From positions 192,001 to 256,000 of the forward strand of contig CBDDBZ010000037.1 of assembly GCA_965225945.1 (NCBI GenBank): a stretch of DNA of 64,000 nucleotides, written 5' to 3'. The translations under genes were made by a program, and so were the position numbers. Below the pieces are notes generated by a model, which saw nothing but the letters and a program-made list of their open reading frames with translations, did not search any database and was not told the origin of the DNA. The stretch's first letter is position 1. Each line of letters starts with the position of its first letter. Of this stretch, positions 10,183-20,068 are shown in pieces. The DNA is from Alphaproteobacteria bacterium (GTDB taxonomy: Bacteria; Pseudomonadota; Alphaproteobacteria; GCA-2731375).

Positions 10183-11207
10183 GGCTCAATTCGTGAATTG
10201 TATGCGTCACCTTGTTACGGCGGCGGCGAGGCAGGCTCGGTCATTGGCGCCGGGGGCGAGGCCGACGAGGTGGAACCAGCTCAGGTAGTTGTCCAGATAG
10301 CGGGTGGCGATGCCGCGGCGGGGACGCAGGAAGTCCTTCAACCGGCTGTGGCGGCTGTTCACCGTCTGCACATGCAGATCGCCCCGAACCCGTTCCCCCA
10401 TCGAGCGGTTGAGTGCTTCGTGGCTCACCCCGAGCGCGGCGGCGCACGGTGGGTAGCTCGCGCCGCCGTCGGAGACCAGCAGGGCGTCCTTCGCGACCAC
10501 CGGGTCGAGGGCAGCCGTGAGCGCCGCCGCATCGACCCTGGGCAGCACCGCGCTGACCGTCGTTCCGCTCCGGTCCGCCGCCATGAGAACCGGTACCTGC
10601 TCGCGCGAGAGGCCGCGCTTCTTCGCCTTGCCGCCCCGCCGCCGTGCCTTGCGCCCCAGCCCGCGCGCGCCCTTCCGGCTCTCCAGGACGTAGGTCTCGT
10701 CCGCTTCCACGATCCCCTTGAGCACCTCCGAATCGCTCCGCGCCGCCGCCAGAAACCGGTGACGCCAGCGGAACGCCGTGCTCACCGCCACGTCGCAGCG
10801 CGCCGCCGAGGCCTTCACCGTCTCCCCCTTCGCCAGCGACGCCCCGAACGACAGCCAGCGTTCCTTGTGGTGCAAGCCCGACAGCGGCGTACCGCTCAGC
10901 GCGTTGAAGGTCCTGCCGCAGCCCTTGCACTGGTAGCGCCGCAGACCCCGCGCCATACCGCGCGAAACCGCCCCTTCGCTCGCGCAGTGCGGACAGCGCC
11001 GGGCCTCGTCCACACCAAGCTCGATCGCGGCCTTCGATGCCTCGCCCTCGCTCCGGCCCGACAGCACCGCGAGCGCCTCGCGCCGCTGCGCGCGCGTCAG
11101 CCCGCGCGCCGCCGAAAGCCACACCTGGAAACCCTTGCCGTCCATAACCCAACCTCCTGACGTTCCAGGCACTCTATCACTAATGCATACAATTCACGAA
11201 TTGAGCC
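10183..11207 (-). mobile_element. IS1595-family element, copy 1 (1025 bp)
   Basis: IR GGCTCAATTCGTGAATTGTATGC; 8-bp flanks TTCCGAAA/TTCAGAAA (one mismatch). Confidence 0.93.
10207..11172 (-). CDS. IS1595-family transposase
   Basis: CPHC..YQCKGC Zn ribbon, VEADETY, VSDG, HVQTVN, YLDNYL; exact start uncertain. Confidence 0.93.
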   Translation of the reverse strand: MPGTSGGWVMDGKGFQVWLSAARGLTRAQRREALAVLSGRSEGEASKAAIELGVDEARRCPHCASEGAVSRGMARGLRRYQCKGCGRTFNALSGTPLSGLHHKERWLSFGASLAKGETVKASAARCDVAVSTAFRWRHRFLAAARSDSEVLKGIVEADETYVLESRKGARGLGRKARRRGGKAKKRGLSREQVPVLMAADRSGTTVSAVLPRVDAAALTAALDPVVAKDALLVSDGGASYPPCAAALGVSHEALNRSMGERVRGDLHVQTVNSRHSRLKDFLRPRRGIATRYLDNYLSWFHLVGLAPGANDRACLAAAVTR

Positions 11208-11226
11208 TTCAGAAAGGCGGCGTGGC

Positions 11227-11799
11227 ATGGAGGCATTTCGGCTGAACTTCACCAGCGGCGTGGGGCTGGCGCTGCTGCGCAAACTCGACCGCGAGGATTT
11301 CGAGCTCACGATCGCGCAGGCGATAATCTGGTTTCTGGTCGTCTTCCTGGCGGCCGTCGCCTACGACGCGGTCCTGAGCCTCATGGCGAACACCACGACG
11401 ACGCCCGATGTCGTGGCGACGCTCGCCTATATGGGCGGTTTCGCGCTGGCCTGTCTCGTTGTCGCGCTGCTGGAGCGCGAAGGCGAGGCCTTCGCCGCGC
11501 TCATGGTGGTGACGGGGGCGATCAGCCCGCCGATATTTCTGGCCTCGTTCTGCCTCGAGCTGGCGATGGCGTGGAGCGTATCGGGGATGGGCGATATCGC
11601 CGAGCCGCCGAACCTGGTGGTCGCGGTCGCCTGGATGGCGTTGGCCGTGATTTTCCTCCTCCTCGCCTACTGGGTTCTCCTGGTGCTGTTCCGCGCTATT
11701 CGCTGCGCGCTCGATGTCGACCAGGCCAGGGCGGCGCTGTATCTGATCCTGTACTTGGTCGCTTGCATGCTGCCCGTCTATTTCCTGGCGGCGACATAG
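11227..11799 (+). CDS. hypothetical integral membrane protein
   Basis: About five hydrophobic segments; starts just after the IS1595 end. Confidence 0.7.
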   Translation: MEAFRLNFTSGVGLALLRKLDREDFELTIAQAIIWFLVVFLAAVAYDAVLSLMANTTTTPDVVATLAYMGGFALACLVVALLEREGEAFAALMVVTGAISPPIFLASFCLELAMAWSVSGMGDIAEPPNLVVAVAWMALAVIFLLLAYWVLLVLFRAIRCALDVDQARAALYLILYLVACMLPVYFLAAT

Positions 11800-11820
11800 A
11801 CCGGCGGCTGGGCGCGGCGT

Positions 11821-12861
11821 TCAAGACGGCTCGGCGGCCTTCTCGCCCGCTTCGGCGTCGGGGCAGGTGGGACCGACCTCGGAACGCTCGCCGATGCCGG
11901 CCCAGGGCAGAGCGGCGGCCGGGTCCACCTCGGCGCCCGACGGCAGCGCCGCCTCGGGTGCCACGGCCCAGGCGGCGACGTCGCGCCAGACGGTCTCGGC
12001 GCCACAATCGCGTAACAGCATGTGCCAGCCGTCGGGATAGACGGCGAGGCGGGTCGGCGCTTTGAGCGCCGAGCGCAAGGCGTCGATCGGTCCCGGCGGG
12101 ATGATCTCGTCGTGGGCGCCATAGAGCAGCAAGATCGGCGTCTCGACACGTCCCGCCACTACCAGCGCCTCCCCCATGGTCCGGGTCAGGCCGTAGAGCG
12201 CATCGACCCGGGTCTGCTTGATCACCAGGGGATCGCGGCCGAGCCCGCGCAGCATCTCGATGTTGTCGGAGGCGAGGCGGCCGAGGCCCCGCCCGCTCAC
12301 CGCCCCGGCCGGCGTCAGCCGCGTCCAGAGCCAGAGCAGGGCGCGGTAGAGCGGGTTCATCGCCCGCCCGCCCCAGGTCGCCGGCGCCGCCAGGATCAGG
12401 CCGTCCGCCGCCGCCCCGTCGGCCGCCGCCAGCAGCGCCACGGCGCCGCCCATGGAGATGCCGAGCAGGTGCACCGGCAGTCCCGGATGGCGCGCCCGGA
12501 CCAGCGCCACCGCCGTCCCGGCATCAGCCGCGAGCGCCGCCCGCCCGCCCCAGATTCCGGGTTTCGCGGTCTCGCCGAAGCCGCGCTGGTCGAAGGCATA
12601 GGTGGTGATGCCGCGCGCCGCCCACCAGCGGGCCGCCGGCCGGATGGCGCGACGATAGTCGTTGAAGCCGTGCAGCGCGATCAGAATTGCCTCGGGCTTC
12701 TCCGCCTCCCAGACCTCGAGCGGCAGGCGATAGCCGTCGCCGGTCCGGATCGCCCGGGATTCGATCCGGGCTGGCGCCACCTCGGGCCCGAAGGGCTGCA
12801 CCTCGGGCGTGGCGCAGGCGCCGAGCAAGGCCGAGAAGGCGAGGGCGAGCGCCGGTCTCAT
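11821..12861 (-). CDS. alpha/beta hydrolase (lysophospholipase-like) lipoprotein
   Basis: LLGAC lipobox, LHGFNDY, DQRGFG, GISMGG nucleophile elbow; ATGA overlap with upstream gene. Confidence 0.9.
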   Translation of the reverse strand: MRPALALAFSALLGACATPEVQPFGPEVAPARIESRAIRTGDGYRLPLEVWEAEKPEAILIALHGFNDYRRAIRPAARWWAARGITTYAFDQRGFGETAKPGIWGGRAALAADAGTAVALVRARHPGLPVHLLGISMGGAVALLAAADGAAADGLILAAPATWGGRAMNPLYRALLWLWTRLTPAGAVSGRGLGRLASDNIEMLRGLGRDPLVIKQTRVDALYGLTRTMGEALVVAGRVETPILLLYGAHDEIIPPGPIDALRSALKAPTRLAVYPDGWHMLLRDCGAETVWRDVAAWAVAPEAALPSGAEVDPAAALPWAGIGERSEVGPTCPDAEAGEKAAEPS

Positions 12862-13469
12862 TCGCCCGCCCCGATCAGCTCCGCGACCCTGGCACGCAGG
12901 TACGGCAGTACCTCCGCCTCGAACCAGGGATTGCGCTTGGCCCAACCGGTGGTCCGCCAGGAGGGATGCGGCAACGGCAGAAGCTCGGGCCCGTATTGGG
13001 CGAAGCCGCGGACCGTTTCCGTCAGGTTGCGCCGGCGCCGCTTGCCGAGATGCCAGGCCTGGGCGTATTGCCCGACCAGGAGGGTCAGCCGGACTTGCGA
13101 CATCAATTCGGCGAGCTTCGCCTGCCAGGCCGGCGCGCACTCGGGCCGGGGTGCCAGATCGCCGCCGCGCGCGTCCCGCCCCGGGTAGCAGAAGCCCATC
13201 GGCACGATGGCGAAGTTGCGGGTATCGTGGAAGCTGTCGGAATCGACCGCCAGCCATTGCCGCAGACGATCGCCGCTGGCGTCGCTCCAGGGAACGCCGC
13301 TCTCGTGCACCTTGGTGCCGGGCGCCTGGCCGACGATCCGGATCGGCGCCTTGGTCGAGGGGCGCAGCACCGGGCGGGGGCCGAGCGGCAGGGCCTCGGC
13401 GCAGATGCGGCAGGCGGTGATCTCGGCCCACAGCCGGTCCAGCTCTCGATCCTCGTCGTTTGCAACCAT
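12858..13469 (-). CDS. uracil-DNA glycosylase superfamily protein
   Basis: CRIC, IVGQAPG, FCYPG, LPHPSWR motifs. Confidence 0.9.
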   Translation of the reverse strand: MVANDEDRELDRLWAEITACRICAEALPLGPRPVLRPSTKAPIRIVGQAPGTKVHESGVPWSDASGDRLRQWLAVDSDSFHDTRNFAIVPMGFCYPGRDARGGDLAPRPECAPAWQAKLAELMSQVRLTLLVGQYAQAWHLGKRRRRNLTETVRGFAQYGPELLPLPHPSWRTTGWAKRNPWFEAEVLPYLRARVAELIGAGE

Positions 13470-13625
13470 GGCCACCCAATCTCGCCTCTCGGCGGGGCGA
13501 GGGCAAGCATCCACAGGCGGGCCGGCGCTTTCGCCGCCGCCTTACCCCTTTGCGGCGCGGTGAATTCGGCCTAGGTTCCGGCCACTTCGCCCGGCGCCGG
13601 CGCCGGGAGCACGGACGAGCGGGAC

Positions 13626-14681
13626 ATGTTGATCCAGAGTGACAAGCTGCGGGACCTGATCGGGACCATGTGCGAGGCCGCCGGCAGCACGGCCGAAGAG
13701 GCGAGCGCGGTCGCCGGGAACCTGGTCGAGGCGAACCTCATGGGCCACGACAGCCACGGCGTCGGCATAGTCGCGCGCTATATCCGCCATGCCCTCGACG
13801 GCCGGCTCAGCGTCGGCGGGCGGGCCAGCGTGGTGAGCGACAACGGCGCCTTCCTGCTGCTCGACGGCAACATGGGCTATGGCCAAACCGTCGGCGCCGA
13901 GGCGATGGAACTGGGCCTCGCCAAGGCGCGCGAACACGGCGTCGCCGTGGTCGGCCTTCGCAACGTGCATCATCTCGGCCGGATCGGCGCCTGGGGGGAG
14001 ATCTGCGCTCGGGCCGGCTTCATCTCGATACACTACGTCAACGCCGACGGCCACGAGCCGATGGTCGCCCCCCATGGCGGCTACGACGCGCGCTATTCGA
14101 CCAACCCCTATTGCACGGCGCTGCCGGAAACGCCGGACAATCCGATGATCGTGCTCGACATGGCGACCAGCCGGATCGCCCAGGGCAAGGTCCGCGTCGC
14201 CTATTACAAGGGCACCGAATTGCCCGAAGGCACCGCGCTCGACGCCGAGGGCCGGCCGACTCGCGATCCGGGCGTCATGTTCGCCGAGCCGCCGGGCGCC
14301 ATGCTGTCCTTCGGCGAGCACAAGGGCTACGGCCTGGCGCTGATCTGCGAGGTGTTGGCCGGCGCGCTGACCGGCGGCGGCACCGCCCGGCCGGAGCAAC
14401 ATGGCGGCGACACCATCCGCAACCACATGCTGACCATCATCCTCGACCCCTCGGGCTTTCGCGACGACATCGCCTTCCACGCCGAGATCGACCAGCTACA
14501 GAAATGGGTGAAGTCGTCCCGCGCGCGCCCGGGCGTGGAGGCGGTGCTGGTGCCGGGCGATCCGGAGCGGATCAGCACCGAAGCCCGACTCAGGGACGGC
14601 GTCGAGATCGACGAGGGCACTTGGAACGAGATCGTCGAATGCGGCCTGGGCCTGGGCATGAACCGGGTGGCGTTCGAATAG
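13626..14681 (+). CDS. Ldh_2 family (malate/L-lactate/ureidoglycolate) dehydrogenase
   Basis: GHDSHG, HHLGRIG, STNP, LDMATS, HKGYGL motifs. Confidence 0.92.
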   Translation: MLIQSDKLRDLIGTMCEAAGSTAEEASAVAGNLVEANLMGHDSHGVGIVARYIRHALDGRLSVGGRASVVSDNGAFLLLDGNMGYGQTVGAEAMELGLAKAREHGVAVVGLRNVHHLGRIGAWGEICARAGFISIHYVNADGHEPMVAPHGGYDARYSTNPYCTALPETPDNPMIVLDMATSRIAQGKVRVAYYKGTELPEGTALDAEGRPTRDPGVMFAEPPGAMLSFGEHKGYGLALICEVLAGALTGGGTARPEQHGGDTIRNHMLTIILDPSGFRDDIAFHAEIDQLQKWVKSSRARPGVEAVLVPGDPERISTEARLRDGVEIDEGTWNEIVECGLGLGMNRVAFE

Positions 14682-14722
14682 CGGCGCGCCGGCGGATCGG
14701 GCCGGGTGCCGTGCCCTCGCCC

Positions 14723-15760
14723 ATGACCCGGCGTCAGGCGGCGGCGCTGCTCGCCTATTTCGCCATCCTGAGCCTGCTGCCGGGGCTTTTTCTGCCGGTG
14801 CTGGAGGTCAGCCGCTTCGGCGGCATCACCGAGTATTCGATCCTCGACGGGATCGTCGCGTTGTGGCGCGGCGGCAACCTGGGCGTCGCGCTGGTGATCC
14901 TGGTGTTCAGCGTGATATTTCCGCTGGCCAAGCTCGCGGCGATCCTGTTCGCGAGCCTCGGGCCCGAGCACTCAGCCGGCCGGCGCCGTCTCGCCGGGCT
15001 CGCCTTGACGCTCGGCAAGTATTCCATGTTGGATGTCTTCGTCGTCGCCTTGCTGATCCTGGTCTTCAAGCTCGGCGGCATGATCGAGGCGCGGGTCGCG
15101 GGTGGGCTCTATCTCTTCGTCCTGGCGATCGCGCTCACCACGCTTGCCAACCTGCTCGTGGTGACCGGCGGAGGGCGCGACGTGACAGACCAACCGACGG
15201 CGGAGGACGACGCGGCGGGTCGCGGCGTTCTCGCCCGCGTGGTGGTGCTGGTTCTGGCGCCGGTGGTGCTGGTCGCGATCGGTCTCGCCGTCTACCTGTC
15301 GGCCTCGCCCGGCACCGTCTCCGAGATCTTCATCCAGCGCCTGCCGGGAATCGATATCCAGATCGTCGGCCTACCCGACGCGCCGGACTACCTGCTCGAG
15401 CTCCGGCTTTCCACGGGCGATTCCCATCGTACGGCGAGCAAGGTCGACACGCCGATCGGCAACGGCATTCTCTTCCGGGTGCCGGAGATGGAGATCGCCT
15501 TGCTGGACGAGATCGCGCTGTTCGACGACAACTCGGTTACCGTTTCCGGCCTCGAGCTCCGCGTGTTGCCGGACGAGATCGTCGACCGGGTGATCATCGG
15601 CGCCGAGCGGGTGGCGGAAGGCCAGAAGATGCGCTTCGAGCTGCGCGGCGCCGAGGACCCGGCCCGCGCGATCGGCCTGGTGATCGCGGGTGCCGGCGGT
15701 CTCTGGCTCGCGATCGGCCTGGCGGTGCTGCTGCTGGGCCTGGCGCGAACGCGAACTTGA
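14723..15760 (+). CDS. PqiA (paraquat-inducible A)-like membrane domain fused to an unknown domain
   Basis: SILDGIVALW, FSVIFPLAK, LGKYSMLDVFVVAL PqiA signature in N-terminal half. Confidence 0.75.
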   Translation: MTRRQAAALLAYFAILSLLPGLFLPVLEVSRFGGITEYSILDGIVALWRGGNLGVALVILVFSVIFPLAKLAAILFASLGPEHSAGRRRLAGLALTLGKYSMLDVFVVALLILVFKLGGMIEARVAGGLYLFVLAIALTTLANLLVVTGGGRDVTDQPTAEDDAAGRGVLARVVVLVLAPVVLVAIGLAVYLSASPGTVSEIFIQRLPGIDIQIVGLPDAPDYLLELRLSTGDSHRTASKVDTPIGNGILFRVPEMEIALLDEIALFDDNSVTVSGLELRVLPDEIVDRVIIGAERVAEGQKMRFELRGAEDPARAIGLVIAGAGGLWLAIGLAVLLLGLARTRT

Positions 15761-15786
15761 CAGCGGATCGGCCGGCCCCCTAGATG
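15757..15786 (+). promoter_or_regulatory. putative sigma70 promoter of tRNA-Ser
   Basis: TTGACA, 18-bp spacer, TAGATG, about 20 bp upstream of the tRNA. Confidence 0.55.
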
Positions 15787-15805
15787 TTCGGGCTTCCGAC
15801 GCCAA

Positions 15806-15896
15806 GGAGGGTTGGCCGAGTGGCTTAAGGCGCGCGACTGCTAATCGCGTGGGTGTGAATAACGCCTCGTGGGTTCGAATCCCACACCCTCCGCCA
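15806..15896 (+). tRNA. tRNA-Ser(GCT)
   Basis: GGAGGGT/ACCCTCC acceptor stem, CGCGA-CTGCTAA-TCGCG anticodon arm, long variable arm, GGTTCGAATCC, encoded CCA. Confidence 0.96.
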
Positions 15897-15962
15897 GCGA
15901 ACCGGTCGTTGTTGTTGAGCGATTATCTCCAATACGAGACCCCGATACGCCAAATGGCCACC

Positions 15963-16826
15963 ATGAACCCACCCGATCGTCTGCGTGCCTTGTTGTCCGC
16001 GCCCGATTTCGTCGTGATGCCCGCCGTGTGGGATGGCTTGAGCGCCAAGCTCGCGGCCGGCGCCGGCTTCGAGACCGCCTTCCTCTCGGGGTCCTGCGTC
16101 GCGGCGAGCCGGATCGGGGGACCGGACCTCGACCTGATCTCGTTCGGCGAGATGTTCGACTCCTTCACCATGGTGCGCGGCGCGGCACCGGAGATGTTGG
16201 TGCTGGCCGACGGCGATCATGGTCACGGCAACGCCATGAACGTACAGCGCACGGTGCGGGCTTATGGCCGCGCGGGCGCCGCCGGCGTGCTGATCGAGGA
16301 CAAGATCACGCCGCGCGCCCTGACGGCCGCCGGCAAGCCCTGCGTGGCGCGCGAGGAAGCGCGGATGAAAATCCGCGCAGGCGTCGAAGCGGCGAAGGAC
16401 TCGGGCATCCTGATCCTGGCGCGCACCGATTGCCGGCCGACCCAGGGCATCGACGAAGCGGTGGCGCGGATCGAGATGTATGTGGAGGAGGGGGCCGACA
16501 TCTTGTTCCTGGACTCGCCGGGCGACGAGGACGAAATCCGCCGCGCCGTCGCCGCCGCCCAGGGACGGCCGTCCTTCGTCGTGCTTTCCCCGGGGGCGCC
16601 CAGGGCGACACCGTCGCAAGCCGAGGCGGCCGCGCTGGGCTTCAATCTCGGCACCTATCCGACGAACATGCTCTCGCCGGCGATCGCGGGCATGAAGGCC
16701 GGACTGGCCGCGCTGAACGCCGGGGAAGCCGAGGCGGCGAGCGCGCTGCCCTCGGCGGAACTGCGCGCGACCTTGGGCTATGCGGATTACGACGCCGAGG
16801 GCGCGCGCTTCATCGCTGGCGATTGA
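15963..16826 (+). CDS. isocitrate lyase/PEP mutase family protein
   Basis: VWDGLSA, ADGDHGHG, LIED, LARTD; alternative start at 15954. Confidence 0.9.
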   Translation: MNPPDRLRALLSAPDFVVMPAVWDGLSAKLAAGAGFETAFLSGSCVAASRIGGPDLDLISFGEMFDSFTMVRGAAPEMLVLADGDHGHGNAMNVQRTVRAYGRAGAAGVLIEDKITPRALTAAGKPCVAREEARMKIRAGVEAAKDSGILILARTDCRPTQGIDEAVARIEMYVEEGADILFLDSPGDEDEIRRAVAAAQGRPSFVVLSPGAPRATPSQAEAAALGFNLGTYPTNMLSPAIAGMKAGLAALNAGEAEAASALPSAELRATLGYADYDAEGARFIAGD

Positions 16827-16884
16827 TCACGCCCATCCGGCGCGCTCGAGGTTCATGTCCATTGGCAGGGGCGAGTAGGGCAAC

Positions 16885-19662
16885 TCAGGTCGTCTCGTCG
16901 CGCGGCGAGTCGCCGCCATCCTCGCCGCCATCCTCGCCGCCATCCTCGCCCCCATCCTCGCCCAAGTCGCCGGCCTCGCCGTCGCCCGCCGCGTCCCCGG
17001 CCGGCTCGCTCCGCCGGGCGACGGAGACCACGTGTTCGTCCTCGGCGGTATCGAACAGCGTGACGCCCTGAGTGTTACGGCCGGCGATGCGGATGTCGTC
17101 GACCGGGCAGCGGATGATCTTGCCCCCGTCGGTCACCAGCATGATCTGGTCGTGGGCCTCGATCGCGAAGGTGGCGACCACCGGGCCGTTGCGGTCCGAG
17201 GTCTCGATGTTGATGATCCCCTGTCCGCCCCGATTGGTGATCCGGTACTCGTAGGCCGAGGTCCGCTTGCCGTAGCCGTTCTCGGTGATCGCCAGGACGA
17301 ACTGTTCGGCCGCCGCCAGTTCCTCCGCGTCGACCGGCATCGCCGGCAACTCGCCGTTGCCGTTCTCGCCCGCTTCCGCCCTGCGCTTGGCGTTGGCCCA
17401 GCGGAGATAGGCGTCACGCGCGCCGGTGTCGATCTCGCGGTGGCGCAGCACCGCCATCGAGATCACCCGGTCGCTCCGGCCGAGCCGTATGCCCCGCACG
17501 CCGACCGAATCGCGGCCCCGGAAGACCCGGACGTCGATCACGGGGAAGCGGATGCACTTGCCGCCCTGGGCCGAGAGCAACATGTCGTCGCGCTCGGTGC
17601 AGAGGCGGACGTTGACGATTTTGTCGCCCTCGTTGAGCTTCATCGCGATCTTGCCGTTGGACGGCACGTTGGCGAAGTCGGCCATCTCGTTGCGGCGCAC
17701 GTAGCCCGACGCGGTGGCGAACATGACGTAGAGGTTGCGCCACTCCGCCTCGTCCTCGGGCAGCGGTAGGATGGTGTGGATGGTCTCGCCCGGGGCCAGC
17801 GGCAGCAGGTTGACCATGGCCTTGCCGCGGGCCTGCGGCGTCGCCTGCGGCAGGCGGTAGACCTTGAGCCGATAGACCAGGCCGAGGGAAGAGAAGAACA
17901 GCACCGGCGTGTGCGTCGAGGTGACGAAGACCTTGGAGACGAAATCCTCGTCCCGCGTCGACATGCCGGCGCGACCCTTGCCGCCGCGCCGCTGCGGCCG
18001 GTAGGTGTCGAGCGCCACGCGCTTGATGTAACCGTTGTGGCTGACCGTCACCACCATCTCCTCGCGGCGGATCAGGTCCTCGTCGTCGCTCTCGAACTCC
18101 TGCTCCAGGATTTCGGTACGGCGCGGCGTCGCGAAGGCTTCGCGAACCGTCGTCAGCTCGTCGCGGATGATCGCGGTCAACCGCTCCCGGCTCGCCAGGA
18201 TCTCCAGATAGTCGCCGATCTGCTCGCCGAGGCTGGAAAGCTCCTCGCCGATCTCCTCCTGGCCCAGCGCCGTCAACCGCTGCAGGCGCAATTCGAGGAT
18301 GGCGCGCGCCTGCGTTTCCGACAGGCGATAGCGGCCGTCCACCACCTTGTGCGAGGGATCGTCGATCAGACCGATCATCTCGGCGACCTCGGCCGCCGAC
18401 CAGTCCCTGGCCATCAGCTCGGCCCGCGCGGTTCCCGGGTCGGGCGCCGCGCGGATCAGCGCGATCACCTGGTCGATGTTGTCGACGGCGATCGCCAGGC
18501 CGGCCAGCACATGGGCCCGCTCCCTGGCCCTGGTCAGCAGGTGCTTGATCCGCCGGGTCACCACCTCCGTGCGGAAGTCGACGAACGCGACGATCAGGCG
18601 CCGCAGGTCCAGCAGCTCCGGCCTGCCGCCGGTCAGCGCCAGCATGTTGACGCCGAAGCTGGTCTGCAGCGGGGTGAAGCGGAAGAGCTGGTTCAGCACC
18701 ACCTCGGCCATGGCCTCGCGCTTGAGCTCGATCACCACGCGCACGCCGTGCCGGTCGCTCTCGTCGCGCAGGTCGGAGATGCCCTCGATCCGCTTCGAGC
18801 GATGCGCCTCGGCTATCTTCTCGACCATGGTCGACTTGTTCACCTGGAAGGGTACCTCGGTGACGATGATCGCCTCGCGGTCCTTGCGGATGGTCTCGAC
18901 ATGGGTGCGCGCGCGCATGATCACCGAGCCGCGGCCGGTGTGAAAGGCGCTGCGAATGCCGGCCCGCCCGAGAATCATGGCGCCGGTCGGGAAGTCCGGC
19001 CCCTGCACTCGGGCCATCAGGTCCTCGACCGAGACCCCGGGGTTGGCCAGATAGTCGAGGCAGGCGTCGACCACCTCGCCCAAATTGTGCGGCGGAATGT
19101 TGGTCGCCATGCCGACCGCGATCCCGCCGGCGCCGTTCACCAGCAGGTTCGGAAACTCGGCCGGCAGGACCACCGGCTCGCGGGCGGAATCGTCGTAGTT
19201 GGTCTGGAAGTCGACGGTGTCCTTGTCGATGTCGCTCAACAGGGCCTCGGCCGGCTTGGCGAGACGGACCTCGGTGTAGCGCATGGCGGCGGCGGGATCG
19301 CCGTCCATCGAGCCGAAGTTGCCTTGCCCATCGATCAGCTCGAGCCGCATCGAGAAGGGCTGCGCCATGCGGACCATGGCGTCGTAGATCGCGCTGTCGC
19401 CGTGCGGGTGGTACTTGCCCATGACGTCGCCGACGATGCGGGCCGACTTGCGATAGGGCTTGTCGGAGCCATAGCCACTTTCATGCATCGCGTAGAGGAT
19501 GCGCCGGTGCACCGGCTTCAGCCCGTCCCTGGCGTCCGGCAGCGCCCGGGAGACGATGACGCTCATCGCATAGTCGAGATAGGAACGCCGCATCTCGTCC
19601 TCGAGGGCGAGAGGGATGACGTTGGGCTCGCTCGGCGGCGGCGTCGTGGTCTCGTCGGTCAC
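16885..19662 (-). CDS. gyrA: DNA gyrase subunit A
   Basis: [32 protein letters not shown], GyrA-box QRRGGKG, acidic tail; GTG start inferred. Confidence 0.98.
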   Translation of the reverse strand: MTDETTTPPPSEPNVIPLALEDEMRRSYLDYAMSVIVSRALPDARDGLKPVHRRILYAMHESGYGSDKPYRKSARIVGDVMGKYHPHGDSAIYDAMVRMAQPFSMRLELIDGQGNFGSMDGDPAAAMRYTEVRLAKPAEALLSDIDKDTVDFQTNYDDSAREPVVLPAEFPNLLVNGAGGIAVGMATNIPPHNLGEVVDACLDYLANPGVSVEDLMARVQGPDFPTGAMILGRAGIRSAFHTGRGSVIMRARTHVETIRKDREAIIVTEVPFQVNKSTMVEKIAEAHRSKRIEGISDLRDESDRHGVRVVIELKREAMAEVVLNQLFRFTPLQTSFGVNMLALTGGRPELLDLRRLIVAFVDFRTEVVTRRIKHLLTRARERAHVLAGLAIAVDNIDQVIALIRAAPDPGTARAELMARDWSAAEVAEMIGLIDDPSHKVVDGRYRLSETQARAILELRLQRLTALGQEEIGEELSSLGEQIGDYLEILASRERLTAIIRDELTTVREAFATPRRTEILEQEFESDDEDLIRREEMVVTVSHNGYIKRVALDTYRPQRRGGKGRAGMSTRDEDFVSKVFVTSTHTPVLFFSSLGLVYRLKVYRLPQATPQARGKAMVNLLPLAPGETIHTILPLPEDEAEWRNLYVMFATASGYVRRNEMADFANVPSNGKIAMKLNEGDKIVNVRLCTERDDMLLSAQGGKCIRFPVIDVRVFRGRDSVGVRGIRLGRSDRVISMAVLRHREIDTGARDAYLRWANAKRRAEAGENGNGELPAMPVDAEELAAAEQFVLAITENGYGKRTSAYEYRITNRGGQGIINIETSDRNGPVVATFAIEAHDQIMLVTDGGKIIRCPVDDIRIAGRNTQGVTLFDTAEDEHVVSVARRSEPAGDAAGDGEAGDLGEDGGEDGGEDGGEDGGDSPRDETT

Positions 19663-19668
19663 GGCCGG

Positions 19669-19718
19669 TGTCTCGATTCCGCTGTCTCGAGGCTGATGTC
19701 TCGAGTTTGGTGTCTCGA
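19669..19718. repeat. 4 x TGTCTCGA direct repeats at 14-bp period upstream of gyrA
   Basis: Copies start at 19669, 19683, 19697, 19711. Confidence 0.85.
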
Positions 19719-20068
19719 ATGACGTTCTGGGGTGTACTAGATGTTGTGGAACCGTGGGGCGGATGCCCACTTCATCTAGCGCGTGAACGCTGCCATGAAG
19801 CTAGCATCTTTCAGCCCCCGGAACAACGCACCGAGGGCATCGAAATGCATCCGATTTGGCGGAGTTTTCCGGGAATTTTCGCTCCTCCGCGACGCCGCGC
19901 GGAGCCGCCGATGGTGCCCTCGGATTGGACAATGCTATAAGCGATCGCGGAAAGGTCGGCGAAAGGCGGCGCGAGGGGGAGAGGGGCCATGAACAGAACA
20001 GTCGCGCTTCCAGCGGCCTTCGCCACGGTCATGCCGGCCGCCGGCCGGTGTTAGAGCATGATCCCACC

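Noticed and set aside
16908-16962. 12-bp tandem repeat (EDGG x4)
   Set aside because: Encodes the ordinary acidic C-terminal tail of GyrA
19380-19410. GyrA quinolone-resistance region
   Set aside because: HGDSAIYD keeps the Ser83/Asp87 equivalents; no resistance signature
19669-19718. Possible mini-CRISPR interpretation of the phased repeats
   Set aside because: 8-bp repeats with 6-bp spacers are far too short and no cas genes are in the window
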